Shown here one piece after another: positions 37,410 to 51,325 of a DNA stretch of 64,000 bases (its first letter is position 1; every line of letters starts with the position of its first letter). A program made the translations under genes and the position numbers. Source of the stretch: Rhina ancylostomus (taxonomy: Eukaryota). The stretch is taken from the NCBI GenBank assembly GCA_030265395.1, contig JARFYF010000017.1:29345415-29409414 (forward strand), written 5' to 3'. The notes under the pieces are model-generated. The model saw only the letters and a list, made by a program, of their open reading frames with translations, had not been told where the DNA came from and searched no databases.

Positions 37410-38760
37410 TATTCATTTTTTCCAGGGACCTGGTCATCACTGGCAAGGCCAGAGTTTATTGCCCAGACTTAATTGCCCTTGAGAAGGTGGTGGTGAGTCA
37501 GCTTCTAGAACTGCTGCAGTCCTTGTGGTGAAGATAATTCCATAGTGCTGTTGGGGAAAGAGTTCCAGGATTTAAACCCAGCGATGATGAGGGGCTGGTG
37601 ATACATTTCCAAATCACAATGGTGCAGAGGGGAACTAAGTTGTATTCTCAAATGCCTCTTTCCCCTGTCCTTCTTAGTGGTAGAGATCATGTGTTTGGGA
37701 GGTGCTGTCAAAAAGCGCCTGGGTAAGCAACTGCAGTACATTTTACGGAGGGTACTCTATGTGCTGATGGTGGATGGAGTGAATATATAGGGATGTTGAT
37801 GACATGTCAATTGAGGGGGCTGTTTTATCTCAAACATTGCTCAGCTTCTTGGGAGTTGTTGGAACTGCACCAATCCAGGCAAATGGAGAATATTCCATCA
37901 CGCTCCTGACTTGTGCCTTGTAGGTATTGGAATTAGATAACAGCATCTGCAGTCCTTTGTTTCTCTACTGGAATTAGAGTATTATTATCACATGTATTGA
38001 GATACAATGAAAAACCAAGCCATCTATACAAATCACTTCAAAACATAAGTACAGTGATGTAGTACAAGGAGAAAGGAATAGCAGAATATAGAACTACAGT
38101 TACAATTACAGAAAAAGTGCAGTGCAAGTCAACAATAAGGTGCAAGGGCCATAATGAAGTAGATTTCAAGCTCAAGAGTTCATCATTAATGTACAAGAGG
38201 TCCGTCCAAGAATTTGATAACAGCGGGATAAAAGCTGTCCTTGGACCTGTTGATGTGTATTTTCAAGCTTTTGTATCTTCTGCCCGATGGAAGGGGTGAG
38301 AAGAGAGAATGCCTGGGGTGGGAAGGGTCTTTGGTTATGCTGGCTGCTTTGCTGAGGCAGCGAGAATTATAAACAGATTCCATGGAGGGGAGGTTGGTTT
38401 TTGTGAAAGCTTTGAAGTGTCAGGTGAGTCACTCACTCACAGGATATCCAGCCTATGTCCTGATATTGTAACCATGGAACTTATGTGGTTGGTGCAGTTG
38501 AACTTCCATTTAATGGTGACCCCAAAGAAACTGATGGTAGGGGATTCAGTGATGGTAATACCATTGAATGTTAAGGGTAAGTGGTTAGATTCTCTTATGG
38601 TGGAGGTGGTCATTGCCTGGCTTTCATGGCATGAATGTTACCCACTAATCATCAGCCTATGGCTGGATGTTGTCTGGATCTTGCTGCATGCAGGCATGGA
38701 CTGCTTCATTTGCTATGGAGATGCAGATGGAATTGAGCATTGTGTATTCATCAGCAAAAT
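37410..38760 (-). mobile_element. CR1-group family B LINE, interrupted by insertions at ~37925-38405
   Basis: Reverse 3' end 'catcactggcaaggccagagtttattgcccag'. The sequence resumes colinearly at 38405 'gaaagctttgaagtgtcaggtgagtcactc'. Confidence 0.8.
37979..38405 (-). mobile_element. Rex1 3' end nested in the family B LINE
   Basis: ORF 38186..38383 RCLSKAASITKDPSHPRHSLFSPLPSGRRYKSLK...KDSFYPAVIK is the Rex1 C-terminus. Confidence 0.88.
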
Positions 38761-39004
38761 GCAGCAGAGGTAACCATCCAAAGACAACACACAAAATTCT
38801 AAAAATGTTCACCTCTGCTTACCAAGTCTTTTGGTTGCCTCCACTGCTTCATTCTCATTGCAAAATCACCAGAATTTCCTGGTCTTGTTTCATATTTAAC
38901 TTGAGCAGGATGATCTGTTACTCAATTCCTTCATTGCATTTCCTCTGATACCTTTATCAGAAATAAACTGACCTAGTGTTCACCTTCTTCCTTATCCACA
39001 GACC

Positions 39005-39200
39005 TTGTTTGATCTTGCACCTTATTGTCAACCTGCACTGCACTTTCCCATAGCTGTGACACTTTACTCTGTATTCTGTTATTGTTTTTTTTACCCTGTA
39101 CTACCTCAATGCACTGTGTAATGAATTGATCTGTACGAACAGTTTGCAAGACAAGTTTTTCACTATACCTTGGTACAAGTGACAATAATAAACCAATACC
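39005..39200 (+). mobile_element. Rex1-type 3' UTR/tail fragment
   Basis: 'gcactgcactttc...tttcactataccttggtacaagtgacaataataaaccaatacc'. Reverse copies occur at 44545-44620, 55980-56125 and 62376-62735. Confidence 0.8.
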
Positions 39201-39289
39201 TAAAGGAGTGTTGAGTTGCTGGATGATGTGAAAGGATGAAATGAAAATGCAGGTGTTACATTGGACGTCTGTTAGGTTCACAAGGATGA

Positions 39290-40350
39290 AAGGAAGGGAA
39301 GAGAGATAACAGTGAATCATAAGCCTGTTAGTCTGACATATGTATTGGAGAAGTTGCTACAACCTATTATAAGAACATGGCATGATGGTGATTATAAAAT
39401 CACAATATGACTGGGCAAATCAAATATAGAGTTGTGAATTTCTGTTTGACAAATCTGTTATCTCAAGAAGCATCCATAAAGGGAAATGCTAGTGAAAAAT
39501 ATTCAATAAGCTACCACAGGTGGTTATTGCTCAAAATTAGAAATGGCATTGGGATAACGTATTATCATTATTTGAGTACTGATTAACAGCCAGATTGTAG
39601 TAACTACGGTGAGTAGCCTTGTGCTGCAAATGGTGGAGTGCTGCTGGGAGAAGTATTTGGGCTTTAGTTATATATAATTGATTAAGTTATTGCATAAAGT
39701 TTAGAGGGAAAGTATGCTGTGAGGCAAATGCAAATTGGTTGTACAGGAATAAAGATAGATGAGGAGAAAAGGATGTGGAACACTGAATATAACACAAGAA
39801 TTTGGAGGAAAAATAGAAAACCACCATATATTTTAGATACTGAGTGACAAGGAAATATCAGTATTCAGAGGAATTTGGGTGTCCTTTTGAAAGTTAACAT
39901 GCAGATACCACGAATAATTTGGGAAACATGGTGTGCCAGGTATGATTACAACGGAATCGGAGTAGAACAATAATGAACCCTTTTTTTATAAGACCAGAAA
40001 AAGAGAGAGACCACTCCTAGAATGTAGGAAAACGTTTTGTTTTCCTTACCTAAGGAAAGATTAGGGGGAGAATGACATAGATTCCTGGGATGAGGGGATT
40101 GTCCTTTGAGAAGTTTTTGAGGAAGATAAGTCCATATATGGACTCGTGAAAGCTTATCTCATTGAAGCAGAAAATTCTTAAGGAGTTCGTCAGGGTAGAG
40201 TCTAGCTGGAGAGTATAGCACTGCATCTCAGACTGGAGGGTCAGCCATTCAATGCTTAGATGCGGCTAAATCACTCCATTCAGAATTGTACATCTGCAGA
40301 GGCTGAAGATATTTCTAACTTAGAAGTCTGAAATCTACATGATTAAACAT
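39290..40350 (+). mobile_element. Decayed CR1 RT remnant
   Basis: 'cctgttagtctgaca', 'tgtttgacaaatctgtta', 'cagagg.atttgggtgtcc' and 'tcctgggatgaggggattgtcct' occur in CR1 order. Confidence 0.6.
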
Positions 40351-42304
40351 TCAAGACATAACTGTGAGTAGCATTATGTAATTTTAAATATTTCCCCACA
40401 GTTTAAAAAAAGATCCAATTTTTTGATGTCTATCTTTATGTTTGTATTCCTTCACACCAAGTAGCACTCTTACGTATCTGCATTTTATTCGTGCAAATGA
40501 TTCATAATCCTTCTGACAACATGGAATCCAGAATTTACAATGCTGTAGCTGTCATAATGCTACTATGGACTCACCATTATGTCTTGACTTGAATATTTAA
40601 TCATGTGGACTTCTGCCTAACCACTCGTGTTTAACATTTTCTTAAACAAGGCTGTCCATATGGATCTTGCATGTCAAACTGTCAGCAGGGAACAGTATAA
40701 TATTCTGTCTTCTAGAAGGCACCATAGTAAAATCAGTCTCAAAGTGAAATAAAAAATGTGAACTGCATTTCTAGAGGGATTGCACTTGATAGCTGTGAAT
40801 ATATTTTGTAGATTTCCTAGAATCCATGGAAAAGGAAACTTGTTTTCTCTGCTGATGATTGATGAGGTTGTCACCTGCTTTATGTAAAACAAAAGGCTTT
40901 TAAACAGTATTTTGGAAGAACATTTGTTGCATTGTAGTTTACGAAAAACACGGAGAATCCTTTTGGACAGATTTATAAATGTTCTTACAAAGATAGTTGT
41001 TTTAAAAAGAAACTTGTAGATGAGTTTTGTGCCAATTTGGAGTTAATGAAGTTGTCATCTATTTTAAAGCAGAGATTAGTCATGCATGCTGCTAATATAA
41101 TTCACATAATAATTAATATTGTGGATTCTTGTAAAACTGTATTCTTTATATAACAGTTTGCAATAATTAAATAGTTACTATGTTGGTGTTTGAAACAATA
41201 AGATTATGCCTATTTTAATCCATTTAACTGTCAACAATTGATATCTTTTAATGTTGGTAATGTATGGTAGAAAGGAAATGTTTAGAAGAAACTGCTTCAG
41301 GACAGGTCCAGGTAGGTAAGTCTTTTAACTAAGAATCTAGAGCCTGTGTTACTAGCCTACAACCTTAGTCTTTCTAAAACATAATGTGTTTTGCTTTTAA
41401 ATTAATAAAAACTGAAATGAATTAAAACAATACTCTGAATAAATTGCAAGCTATAATTCAGACTTGGGTATCCAATAACATTCACAAATAGCTCATGATT
41501 CTTTGGTTTGAATAATGATTTCATATGGTTGTAGTTGCATTGCAGCTTTGTAGCACAGCCCATGGATCTGTTCTGTCTGCATTTTCAAAGAACCTAATGA
41601 AGGTTTTCAGTATGAGTATTGCTTGATTATTTACCATACAAGTTGGCAAACTATGATTAGCACATTCTCTTTCCTACAGATCGCTGTTGAATATTGATTT
41701 CCTGACAAACATAAACATGTAGCTCAGGTTTTGCTGGTATTTCCAAACTTAATTAGCCAAGCTCATTCAGTGATTTCCCAGCAGGATTTTGTCACTGGAT
41801 TCCCCATTGAGTCTAGTGGCAGAGCAGAAACTTGCTGAGATTCCCAGACATTTACCCTGGAGTATCTCTTGAATTCTGCTCCAGTTTAGACCTAGCAAAG
41901 GATCTATGAACCAATTTAAATGTTTCTCAATATCAAAGACTTAAAGAAGTATTGTAAGACTTTGACACCTTTGACCGGCAGCAGTGCAGGGTGTTGAGGG
42001 AAATTAGGTATGGGGATTGAACCCAATAGAACAGTTTAAGGAGAAAACAATATTTGAAATTCTAAATTATAATAGTTTTCAGTGTCGCTTTATTTTAAAA
42101 CTGTAATTTCATCAATCTGGTTAGCAGAGATAATTGCGGGAAGAATGACAGAAATCAAGTTACATCTTACCATTACCCTCACACATGACAGGTTCTTGAA
42201 AGCTAGCTTATCTATTTCCATAATGAATACAATTTTTTTCACTTTATTCATAATGCTAATATTTTGTGATGCTGATCTTTAATATATGTTCTTTACTTGT
42301 ATAG

Positions 42305-42463
42305 GCTTTGCTCTCGTACCGAAGTACTATTATGTGCCGGCTGACTTTATTGAATTAGAAAGGGAATCACCTGGCAGCCAAAAACGTTTTCCTAACAGCT
42401 CTGGACGTGACGGAAGTCTCTTCTTGTGGGGACAGGCATTGTATATACTTGCAAAGTTGCTTG
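42305..42463 (+). CDS. PHKB: PHKB internal coding exon (~exon 13), 159 bp
   Basis: gtatag|GCTTTG...TGCTTG|gtaagt. Translates (G)[52 protein letters not shown](V), seen within ORF 42286..42471. Confidence 0.97.
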
Positions 42464-44063
42464 GTAAGTAACCCATTAAGTTTGCAGCTAGCAACCTGAA
42501 TTTGGGACAGTAACAAGTTTAACTGTACAAAAACACACCAGTATTCACAAAATGTGTGTATCTATCAATAAAGCCAAAGCAGTAGCAGAGATTAGGAAGT
42601 GTAATAAAAGTGTGGCTTAATAGGTGTATTTTTAAGGGGAATGTTATAGGAAGTAGAGAGGACAGCATGTGGAGGAAATTCCACAGCATTTGACCTGGAT
42701 ATCTTATAACAGCAAATATCGGGGAGTTACTCATGAGGATAAAATCTGATAAAGAGTGATGGTTAGAAGTGTTGTAAAACATAACGAAGTTTCTATAATA
42801 GACTTGGGTAAGATATTGATGCNNNNNNNNNNNNNNNNNNNNNNNNNNNNNNNNNNNNNNNNNNNNNNNNNNNNNNNNNNNNNNNNNNNNNNNNNNNNNN
42901 NNNNNNNNNNNNNNNNNNNNNNNNNNNNNNNNNNNNNNNNNNNNNNNNNNNNNNNNNNNNNNNNNNNNNNNNNNNNNNNNNNNNNNTAATAAAGACGTGG
43001 TTTCACAGGAGGTTAACTGAGGCTGGATCATACAATGTTGCTCAAATAGAAGTATGCAGTCTTTTCTCCTGGAATGCAGCAGTGTTGAGAATAGTGACGA
43101 GCATAATGCTGAGATTGCAAAAACTATGGCTCGGTCCAAGTCAATAATTGGGAAGTGGAATGGAGTCACTGAGACCACTACACACAGATGTAGACAAATT
43201 CTTTCTCGGGGAAGAATTTATTAGCTGTCCTAGAAATGAACAATTAGTCCAAGGGCAGAAACAGTGAATGGTTCTGAAAGATGGTGGAGAATGAGAATTT
43301 GATGATTCTAGGTGATGATGGCAAAGCGAAAGAAGAAAATGCAGAATAGGAAAGGGGGGACAAATCCTGGATGGATTGTTGAGGACTATTGAGTATACTT
43401 TGTATTTTTGTTTTGATTGTGGGCATTGCTGGCAATGTCATCATGTACTGTCCATCCCTAATTGCCTCTGATTAGAGGAGCCAGTTAAGAGTCAACATGA
43501 TTGGGGTGAGGGGATAGTAAGTGGCAGTTTATGGGTGAATTAGATACCATTGGTGAATAATGTTGAAAGTAATTGGAAAATTGGGTGGTGTGGGGATATG
43601 ACATGATAGATTTGATCAAAGACTGCAAAACACTCCAAAGGATAAGGAGGCTTAATGTGCTGCAGTCACAGAACAGGCCATTTATGATCTTGATTCAAAC
43701 CATTATTTACAGCCCATTTTATGAGCTCTGAAGTTGCAGGAAAATGTGGCACTTTTAGAAATGTAAAGCATATAATTTGTTGTGTGATATTGTTGCCAAG
43801 CAACTCATGAATTCTCAGATACTGCTAACCTTGGCTGTGATATCCACAAAATAATTTGTCGATTCTAGTTGTCTAGCCTCTAATTAGTCACTCTCACTTG
43901 CAACCTATTCTGTATTTCTGAACATCCACAAATTGTGTCCAGTAATAAAGGCTGTGTATGTTGCAAAGTTAATAGACGATAATTTTATGGATTAGCATAA
44001 TTATATATTCTTGTCAAACTTTAGTTAAAATTAAACTATTTTCTTATGTGTTATCCATGATAG

Positions 44064-44158
44064 TGGATGAACTGATCAGCCCACAGGACCTGGATCCTTG
44101 TAGGCGTTACATTCCTCCAAAGGAACAAAGGAATATAAGCATGAGATATTCCAACCAG
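44064..44158 (+). CDS. PHKB: PHKB internal coding exon (~exon 14), 95 bp
   Basis: tgatag|TGGATG...AACCAG|gttagt. Translates (V)DELISPQDLDPCRRYIPPKEQRNISMRYSNQ and ends in phase 0. The eight exons total 864 bp with no stop codon. Confidence 0.97.
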
Positions 44159-44544
44159 GTTAGTTTAAAGATAATGACGTCAGTATTCAATGTTGTTTTA
44201 AATAAATTAATGAAAGGTGTAGGAAAGGGTAAGAAAATGAAACCTGGAAGAAGTAAAAACAAGAGCAAGCAAAACTAAATGCAAAAATAAGGAAAAAATA
44301 ATAACAGTTTAAAAAGGAAAATTGCACAATAAGTGAATGAAAAAGCATGCACAGAGAAGCCTTAATATGAATTGATGATCGCCCATTTTGTTATTCTTTT
44401 ATCACACAAACCTTTTCAGGGCTGCATTAATATTTTGGAGGGAAATATTATGAGGAAAAGGACATCTTTGTAAAACAACCAGAAAGAAAGCAGTTAATAT
44501 ACGTTCCTCAATTCTGTGATCTTCGAAATTGTCTTGTAATCTTC

Positions 44545-44620
44545 GGTATTGGTTTATTATTGTCACTTGTACCGAGGTACAGTGATAGAACTTGTTTTGC
44601 ATACTGTTTGTATAGATTAA
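44545..44620 (-). mobile_element. Rex1-type tail fragment
   Basis: 'ggtattggtttattattgtcacttgtaccgaggtacagtga' is the reverse of 39160-39200. Confidence 0.75.
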
Positions 44621-47349
44621 TCTGGGCAGAAAATGTAGTACTTTATCAAATTTCTCACAATACTAATAATGCTTCAAAAGGATATTGTAGCTCTCGAATT
44701 CTTATTTAACATTTTGGAAATCATACCAAAACCAGCTTGCACGATCATTGATGTCTTAGAGACAAGTCTAGTGCTTCTGTCAAGTTGATCATCCTATTAG
44801 AAATTAACCCACCTGGGTCATTTAAAAATTAGATATATGGTCAAGATGTAAATGTGGCGGCAGTGAGGTGAAATGAGATAGACTAAATCACAAAAGGCAG
44901 TAGGTTATTATTGGGTCAGAAACTAACAGTCCAAAATATTCAGCAAAACCCAGCCCACCTCCAACCTGCTGACACATGAATGTAAGCTGGATGAGGAACA
45001 GGCAACCATTCCGCTCGTGGGAAGCAGGATGGTCACTTGCATATTTTAATGAGGTTTCTCATTTTCATTATAGTCATCTTTCTGGTTTTTACCTTCTGGT
45101 GCCTGGGATTTACAGGCCTTGGGAGACATGTCAACTGAAAGGAGTGTAGAAGGGCTGGATTCAAAGTAAGTGTTCTTATGCCACCACTTGTGGTTCAAAA
45201 AGAGCAGGAATACATCACAAAGCCCAAACTAGGTACCCAGCAAATCATTTACCTGCCATGACATATCCAGCATAATCAGGCTCTCTGACCACCATCTTTT
45301 CTGTCCAACTATCATTGCATAATCCCCTCCTGTTCTCAAGCAAGTGGGATAACCTGAGCATGAGCATTATGTTAGAAAGTAACAAAAAGAATGCTGTTCA
45401 GGAAAAATATAGTAAGTCAGTGTCATTGGTAGACCACTGAAAGCATCAATCCTATTTGCACAGGATAATAAAAACTGCATTTTATTAGAAAACCTCTTGT
45501 GATTTATTTTACCTGTTTTATGAGTATGGTTCCTCAAGACCCATGTATTCTACTAGCGTTAGCCCATTTAGCAAAAGAACAAACTACAAAAGTAATGAAT
45601 AATACAGCTAACATGCATCAGTTTAACCAAAGCCTTTTAGATATAATGCAATGTGTAACGAAAAAAAGTTTAGGCATCAGCTTGCAAATAGGAACTGTGG
45701 AGTAAGTATGAATAAGAAAAAATAATAAGATTGTGTGTACATATTTTGCACTATAAAATTGCCATTTTTGTAAATATTTACTTCCTTTCATTCCTTTCCT
45801 AATTTGTCAGGATGGGAAGTGCACACGTGACTTTATCTTTGGCATATGTTAGTGAGAAGCCCTTTGACCCTGAAAGTACTATTTGCAAGCATAGAATATC
45901 ATTTTCTAACATTTCACTTTGCTCTGTTAATTATTTTCAAGATATTTATGCTTTTTTTTCTTAAAAATAGCGGATTCACGTTTGAAGATGCCTTCTTGGG
46001 TCCTTCTCAAATATTGTGTATTTCTATGTTACATCATTTAGCACAACCTATAAAGTATTTCTTTAGTTAATATTTTGTTTTAGTACTTCATCAGGATGGT
46101 GTCTGCTCCTGAGGCCTGGGTTGTTTATCAGCTATTGGAAGATCCAGGATAGCATGTCCTTTCTGACTTTGGTATTGGCATTACCAAGGTGGATTGGCTT
46201 GTCTCTCATTGGAAGTAGGGCCAGTGATTGTTTGAGGTTAGAGTTGAATTCCTCAATGGCCTCATCCATTACCTGCAGACCTGGATATGCACTGATGAAC
46301 ACAGTGTTGAATCCACCTTAGAGGGAACTGAATTTTGTTTGTTAATTCCACAGGAAGAGTCACTGAGCTGCTAGAGAAACTCATTCTCAATGGTAAAACC
46401 TGTGAAGAGAGGGTTTCTCTTCTGGTTGATGCTTCCAGAAGGTGGTACGTCCACCTCTGCATTTTTTTGAGCTTGCCTTCTACTTGTGTCTCACTCAGGG
46501 TGGGCCAATCTGTTTCAGTGTCCCCAGTTCCTTGGCTTTGGTAGTGGTGCAGTGTTCATGTCTGTCACTGTTGACATTATCGATGAGAGATCTGATGTTC
46601 CAGGTCTAGGAATTCATTTTGAAGAATGAAAGATGCATACACGTGAATTTGTTTAATGTGAGATACCATCACATACCAGTTACCACATGTTCTCAGCTGA
46701 ACTAGGTCGAAGCAACTGTGAGGAAGTAAAAGGTGATTGGAGAACTGGTCTGCTGCAATGGGCATAATAGGCTCAAAGGTCCACATATGCTATATCCACC
46801 TGCACATGTACTTGCTTCTCATGAACACGGAGATGTGCAAAACACTTGCACTTTTGCCCATAATCTCACTTCCCCCCCCCAACTGTATCCCCTCCACCTA
46901 TTCACCTTTGTTCCTCAGTCTCACACTCTCCATTTCAGAACCCACTCCCATTCTCTCCCCAGTACTTCTCTGCCCATTCTGTTCCCTTCTTGGCTTTCCA
47001 TTGGCTCTGTTCATTATCCACAGCCATCAAGGTCCACTCCTGGAACTGATTGCTGACTGGGCTATGGTCTTATAACAATCACAGCCAACCAATTGTTCCC
47101 AAACCAGGACCTGCTTACTCCAGTCAGATGCTGCTCCAGTGTTGCCACTGTTGGTTCCCATTTGAACCTCTTTGATGCATCCCCTTCCAACTGCATATTT
47201 TCTGCTTGAACAATGGTGGCCTATGTGTCAAATAGCCTTTTGCTTGATGCAGTATCAACAGTCAACTACCTTGAATTGTTCTGCCATGGTGCTGATATTG
47301 GCTAATGTTGTTGCACCTGTCTAGGACATGTTGGGTGATGGTTGTAATT

Positions 47350-47765
47350 TTTCTGGAATATGGGTGACACTAGCAAGGCCAGCATTTACTGCCCATCCTT
47401 AATTGTCCTTGAGAAGGTAGCAGTGAGCCACTCTGTTGAACTGCTGCAGTCCTGGTGAAAATATTCCACAGTTCTGATGGATAGGGTTCAGAATTTAGAG
47501 TGGGCAGAGATGAAAGACTGGAGGTATATTTCAGAATCAGGATGTAGTAGGTGAGTCTGCAAGCAGTGGTGTTGGCATGTGCCTGCTGCCCTTGTCCTTA
47601 GTGTTGGAGGTTGTGATTTTGGAAGGCGAGTGTCAGATTAACCTGAGTGAGTAAAAAGCATTGCATTAGGTAAATGATGCACGCAGCAGCTACTGTGTGC
47701 TGGTGCTGGAAGAATATTTAGGGTGGTGAATGGGGTGCCAATCAAGAAAGCAGTTTTGATCTAAA
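47350..47765 (-). mobile_element. CR1-group family B LINE 3' part
   Basis: 'gacactagcaaggccagcatttactgcccatccttaattgtccttgagaagg' is colinear with 37430-37830. Confidence 0.78.
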
Positions 47766-47864
47766 CTGTTTACTTTACAGTACTCCAATCTGGCATCCGT
47801 GTTGTGTAAGGCTGAGCTGTTACATTGTGATATTAATATTGAAACAAAGTAAAGGCGGCATTAA

Positions 47865-48010
47865 TATAAAAACACAAATTGACAGAAACACTCAGTAGGT
47901 CAGACAGCATCTGTCGAAAAAGAAGCAGTTCATGTTTCAGATTGAAGAACTGGTAGAGTGAGAAAACAAGTTTGTTTCAAGTTGGTGAGGGTGGGGAAGG
48001 ATGGTTGGGA
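47865..48010 (-). mobile_element. Penelope pseudo-LTR fragment
   Basis: 'aaacactcagtaggtcagacagcatctgtcgaaaaagaagcagttcatgtttcag'. Confidence 0.6.
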
Positions 48011-49996
48011 TACAGGGAAAGTCCTTTTTAGGATGTTGAAAAACAGCATTAATGTTACTCAAGATTTTTTTGTGTTTTTATCTGTGATTTTATAATATAG
48101 CTTCTCACATTATATCTATTGATGGCTTATGCAGCTTTGCATGGTAAAGTGTGTTTCAGGGAAACAAAAGCACATTTTCAATTCTATAATAAATGTCTTG
48201 TGGAGCATGCCCAGTTAGCGAATGGTCAAGCGTATGTTTCTCACTGAATATTTATTGGCCATGTGTAGTGTTGAGTTGTAATAGACTGAAAAAGTTCTTG
48301 TTAGCCAATAAACAAATGCAGTGTCATAAGTGAAAGTTTTATGTAATATTAGGAGAGAAGGGTTTTTGCTAAATTTCAAATTTTTATCTGTCAACAAAAA
48401 TCATTTAGATCTTGAAACAAGTTAAACATAACAAGATATGGGAAGATGGAAGATAGAAACTGCATTTTGTTTGTTAAATATTGTCGCATTGAATGTTTGG
48501 AAGGGTGAATAGTGTAGATCTTGAGTACACAGTATACAAGGCATTTGAAAATGTTAATATACTGATTGAACTAATCATGAGCGGAAAGGAAATGTAAACA
48601 ATAGAAATGAATATAAAACTGGTTGATGAAAAGCATGGTGGGGAATTCTATTTGTACTGGAATAACTGAAAGGAAAGCCTATTAAGGGACGAGTAAGGTA
48701 GCAGGATGTGAATAAAAGAAAATATTTGTGCAAGTAATGTACACAGAATATCAGACATGGCTCTCACTACTTTTTAATGTAAAACTTTAGCCAATAGTTC
48801 TCTACTGAAATTGGGAAAGTGAATGCACACCAGTAAACCTCCATCACTGTTTTCTTCCAATGGCACTGTATGATTCCTCCTGCATTATTCAGTAACTTAT
48901 GTTGCTGGAAATGAGTAACAACTTTTTGGTGACATAGGAAGGCTTCCTGTTCCTCCAAAAAGGAAGTTTTTCTTTCTGAAAAAAATCTAGTGGGTTTCAC
49001 TGAATAATATTTTTTTGAGCTGACCCAAGTTAGGCTAGCTTTATGGACTTGAGATGGAAACTACAGGTGACTCCACGTTGTGATTTCAAACAAAAGATTT
49101 AAAATATAATACTTGACATTAAGTGATTGAAATAAACCAGCAAAATAATCACATTGTTCAAAATGTTAGACAGAGAAAAAAAACTATTTGTTGAAAATAG
49201 ACTTTTGTGGGGGAAATTTGGCCTTAAGTTGACATTTACTTCTGTAACCATCAGCAACTTTGGGACTTCAGTGTTACAAAGCGAAGAATAAAGAATATAT
49301 GCTCATAAATGATGGAATTGCAAAGAACACTGACTACTGAAGAGTTGCTAGACTCTCAGAAGTTTCAGGGTGGATAAACAGTGGCTTAATAAATTTAAAA
49401 ATATCAATGGATGTGTGTGAGCAGGTAAAGTAGAAGAGAAACTCTTCAAGCAATTAGGTTATTGAATCCTCAGATATGCAGAGTCTAAACTGGTATGTAC
49501 AGATCAGAATAATTAATTGTAAAATAATGCACAGAAGCCCAATAAAGAGGTGTAATGAAACATTGATTTCAGAGAGATAAAAGATGAAGCAAAATTATAA
49601 GCTTTATTCTACAATTTAAAAACCTCCAGCAATAATGATATTCAAAAGAAATGTCATGCTTATTTAAAAAGAATTTGGTGCCAGAAAGGTTATTTGGCAC
49701 TAATTAAACTTTTCACAGCATTGAAATACATTTGCACATTGGATAAAGTTTCATAGAATACCATTAGTGACTTATGGAAAAATAATACTCTTTTGACTAT
49801 ATTTTTCAATAATAATAATCATTATCGGAGTATTTCTCTGGGCTAATGGATATTTAACAATAGGCATTTTCATTTCCTCTGGGATGATTTAAGCAAGGTC
49901 AAGATATAGTAGCAGCAATTAATTTGTACACAATAACACAAACATTTAGAAAATAAGAGTAGAGTTCCAGCCTGCTCTGTCATTCAGTTTGATATC

Positions 49997-51325
49997 AGAG
50001 TCATAGAATTCTACAGCATAGAAGCAGGCCTTTCAGCCCACCGCATCTATGTCGACCATCATGCCTATCTATACCAATCCCACTTGCCTGTGTTATTTCC
50101 ATTTTCCTCTGTGACTTGCTCATTCAAGTACCTGTCAAGATACCTCTTGGATGTTGTTACTGTCCCTGCCTCCACCAAACCCTCTTGCTGTTCATTCCAG
50201 ATATTAACTGCTTTTTGTACGGGTAGAGAAAATAAAGCCTTGGATCCACTTTNNNNNNNNNNNNNNNNNNNNNNNNNNNNNNNNNNNNNNNNNNNNNNNN
50301 NNNNNNNNNNNNNNNNNNNNNNNNNNNNNNNNNNNNNNNNNNNNNNNNNNNNTAAAGACTTGGATCCAATTTAAATCTCCTGACTCTTACCTTAAACCTG
50401 TGCCCTCTAGTTTGAGACACCACTACCGTGGGAAACAAACACTGGCTGTCTACCTTATCTGTGCCTCTCATAATTTTATATACCTCTATTATGTCACCTC
50501 TCGGCCTACTGTGCTCCAGGGAAAACAGACCCAGCCTATCCAATATCTCCCGATGACTCAAGCCCTCCAGTCCAGGCGACATCCTTGTGAATCTTTTCTG
50601 CATCCTCTCCAGCTTAATCACATCCTTCCTGTTGTCTGGTGACCAGAGCTGCACACAGTGCTCTGGCCTTACCAGAGCATAGCCTAACTAACATTTGGTG
50701 CAACTGTAGTGTGATGTTCCAACTCTTATACTCAGTGCTTCGGCCAGTGAAGGCAAGCATGCCATATGCCTTAATCGCCACCCTGTCTACCTGTGTTTCT
50801 ATTTTCAGGGAACTATGTACTCTTACTCCAAGAACTATGTTCACCAACACTTCTCAGGGCCCTGCCATTCACTGTGAATGTCCTGGCCTGGGGTAACTTC
50901 CCTAAGTGCATCACTCTGTACTTGGACATCTGAGTTAAATTCATTAAATTCCATCTGCCATTCCCTTGCTCACTGTCCCAGTTGATCTAGATCCTGTTAT
51001 AACCTTAGACAACTTCCTTCACTGCCCCCTATATCACCAATTTTGGTGTCATCTACATACTTACTAATCATGCCACCTACCTTATCATCCATATCATTAA
51101 TATATGCGACAAAGTGCAGGGACCCAGCATTCAATCCTGTGGCACACCACTAATCATAGGAATCCAATCTGGAAACACTGCCTCCACTGCCTTCCTCAGC
51201 TTCCTACCACCAAGCTAATTTTGTATCCAGTTTGCCTACTCACCCTGAATCCCATGTATTTCAACCTTCCTGACCAGCCTACCATGTGGGGACCTTGTCA
51301 AAGGCCTTGCTAAACTCCATGTACT
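49997..51325 (-). mobile_element. CR1 LINE, RT C-terminal half plus 3' end
   Basis: ORF 50157..50654 WSP..RKDVIKLERMQKRFTRM..GLEGLS..E.LDRLGLFSLE. KYVDDTKIG is read on the minus strand near 51035-51060. Confidence 0.92.
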
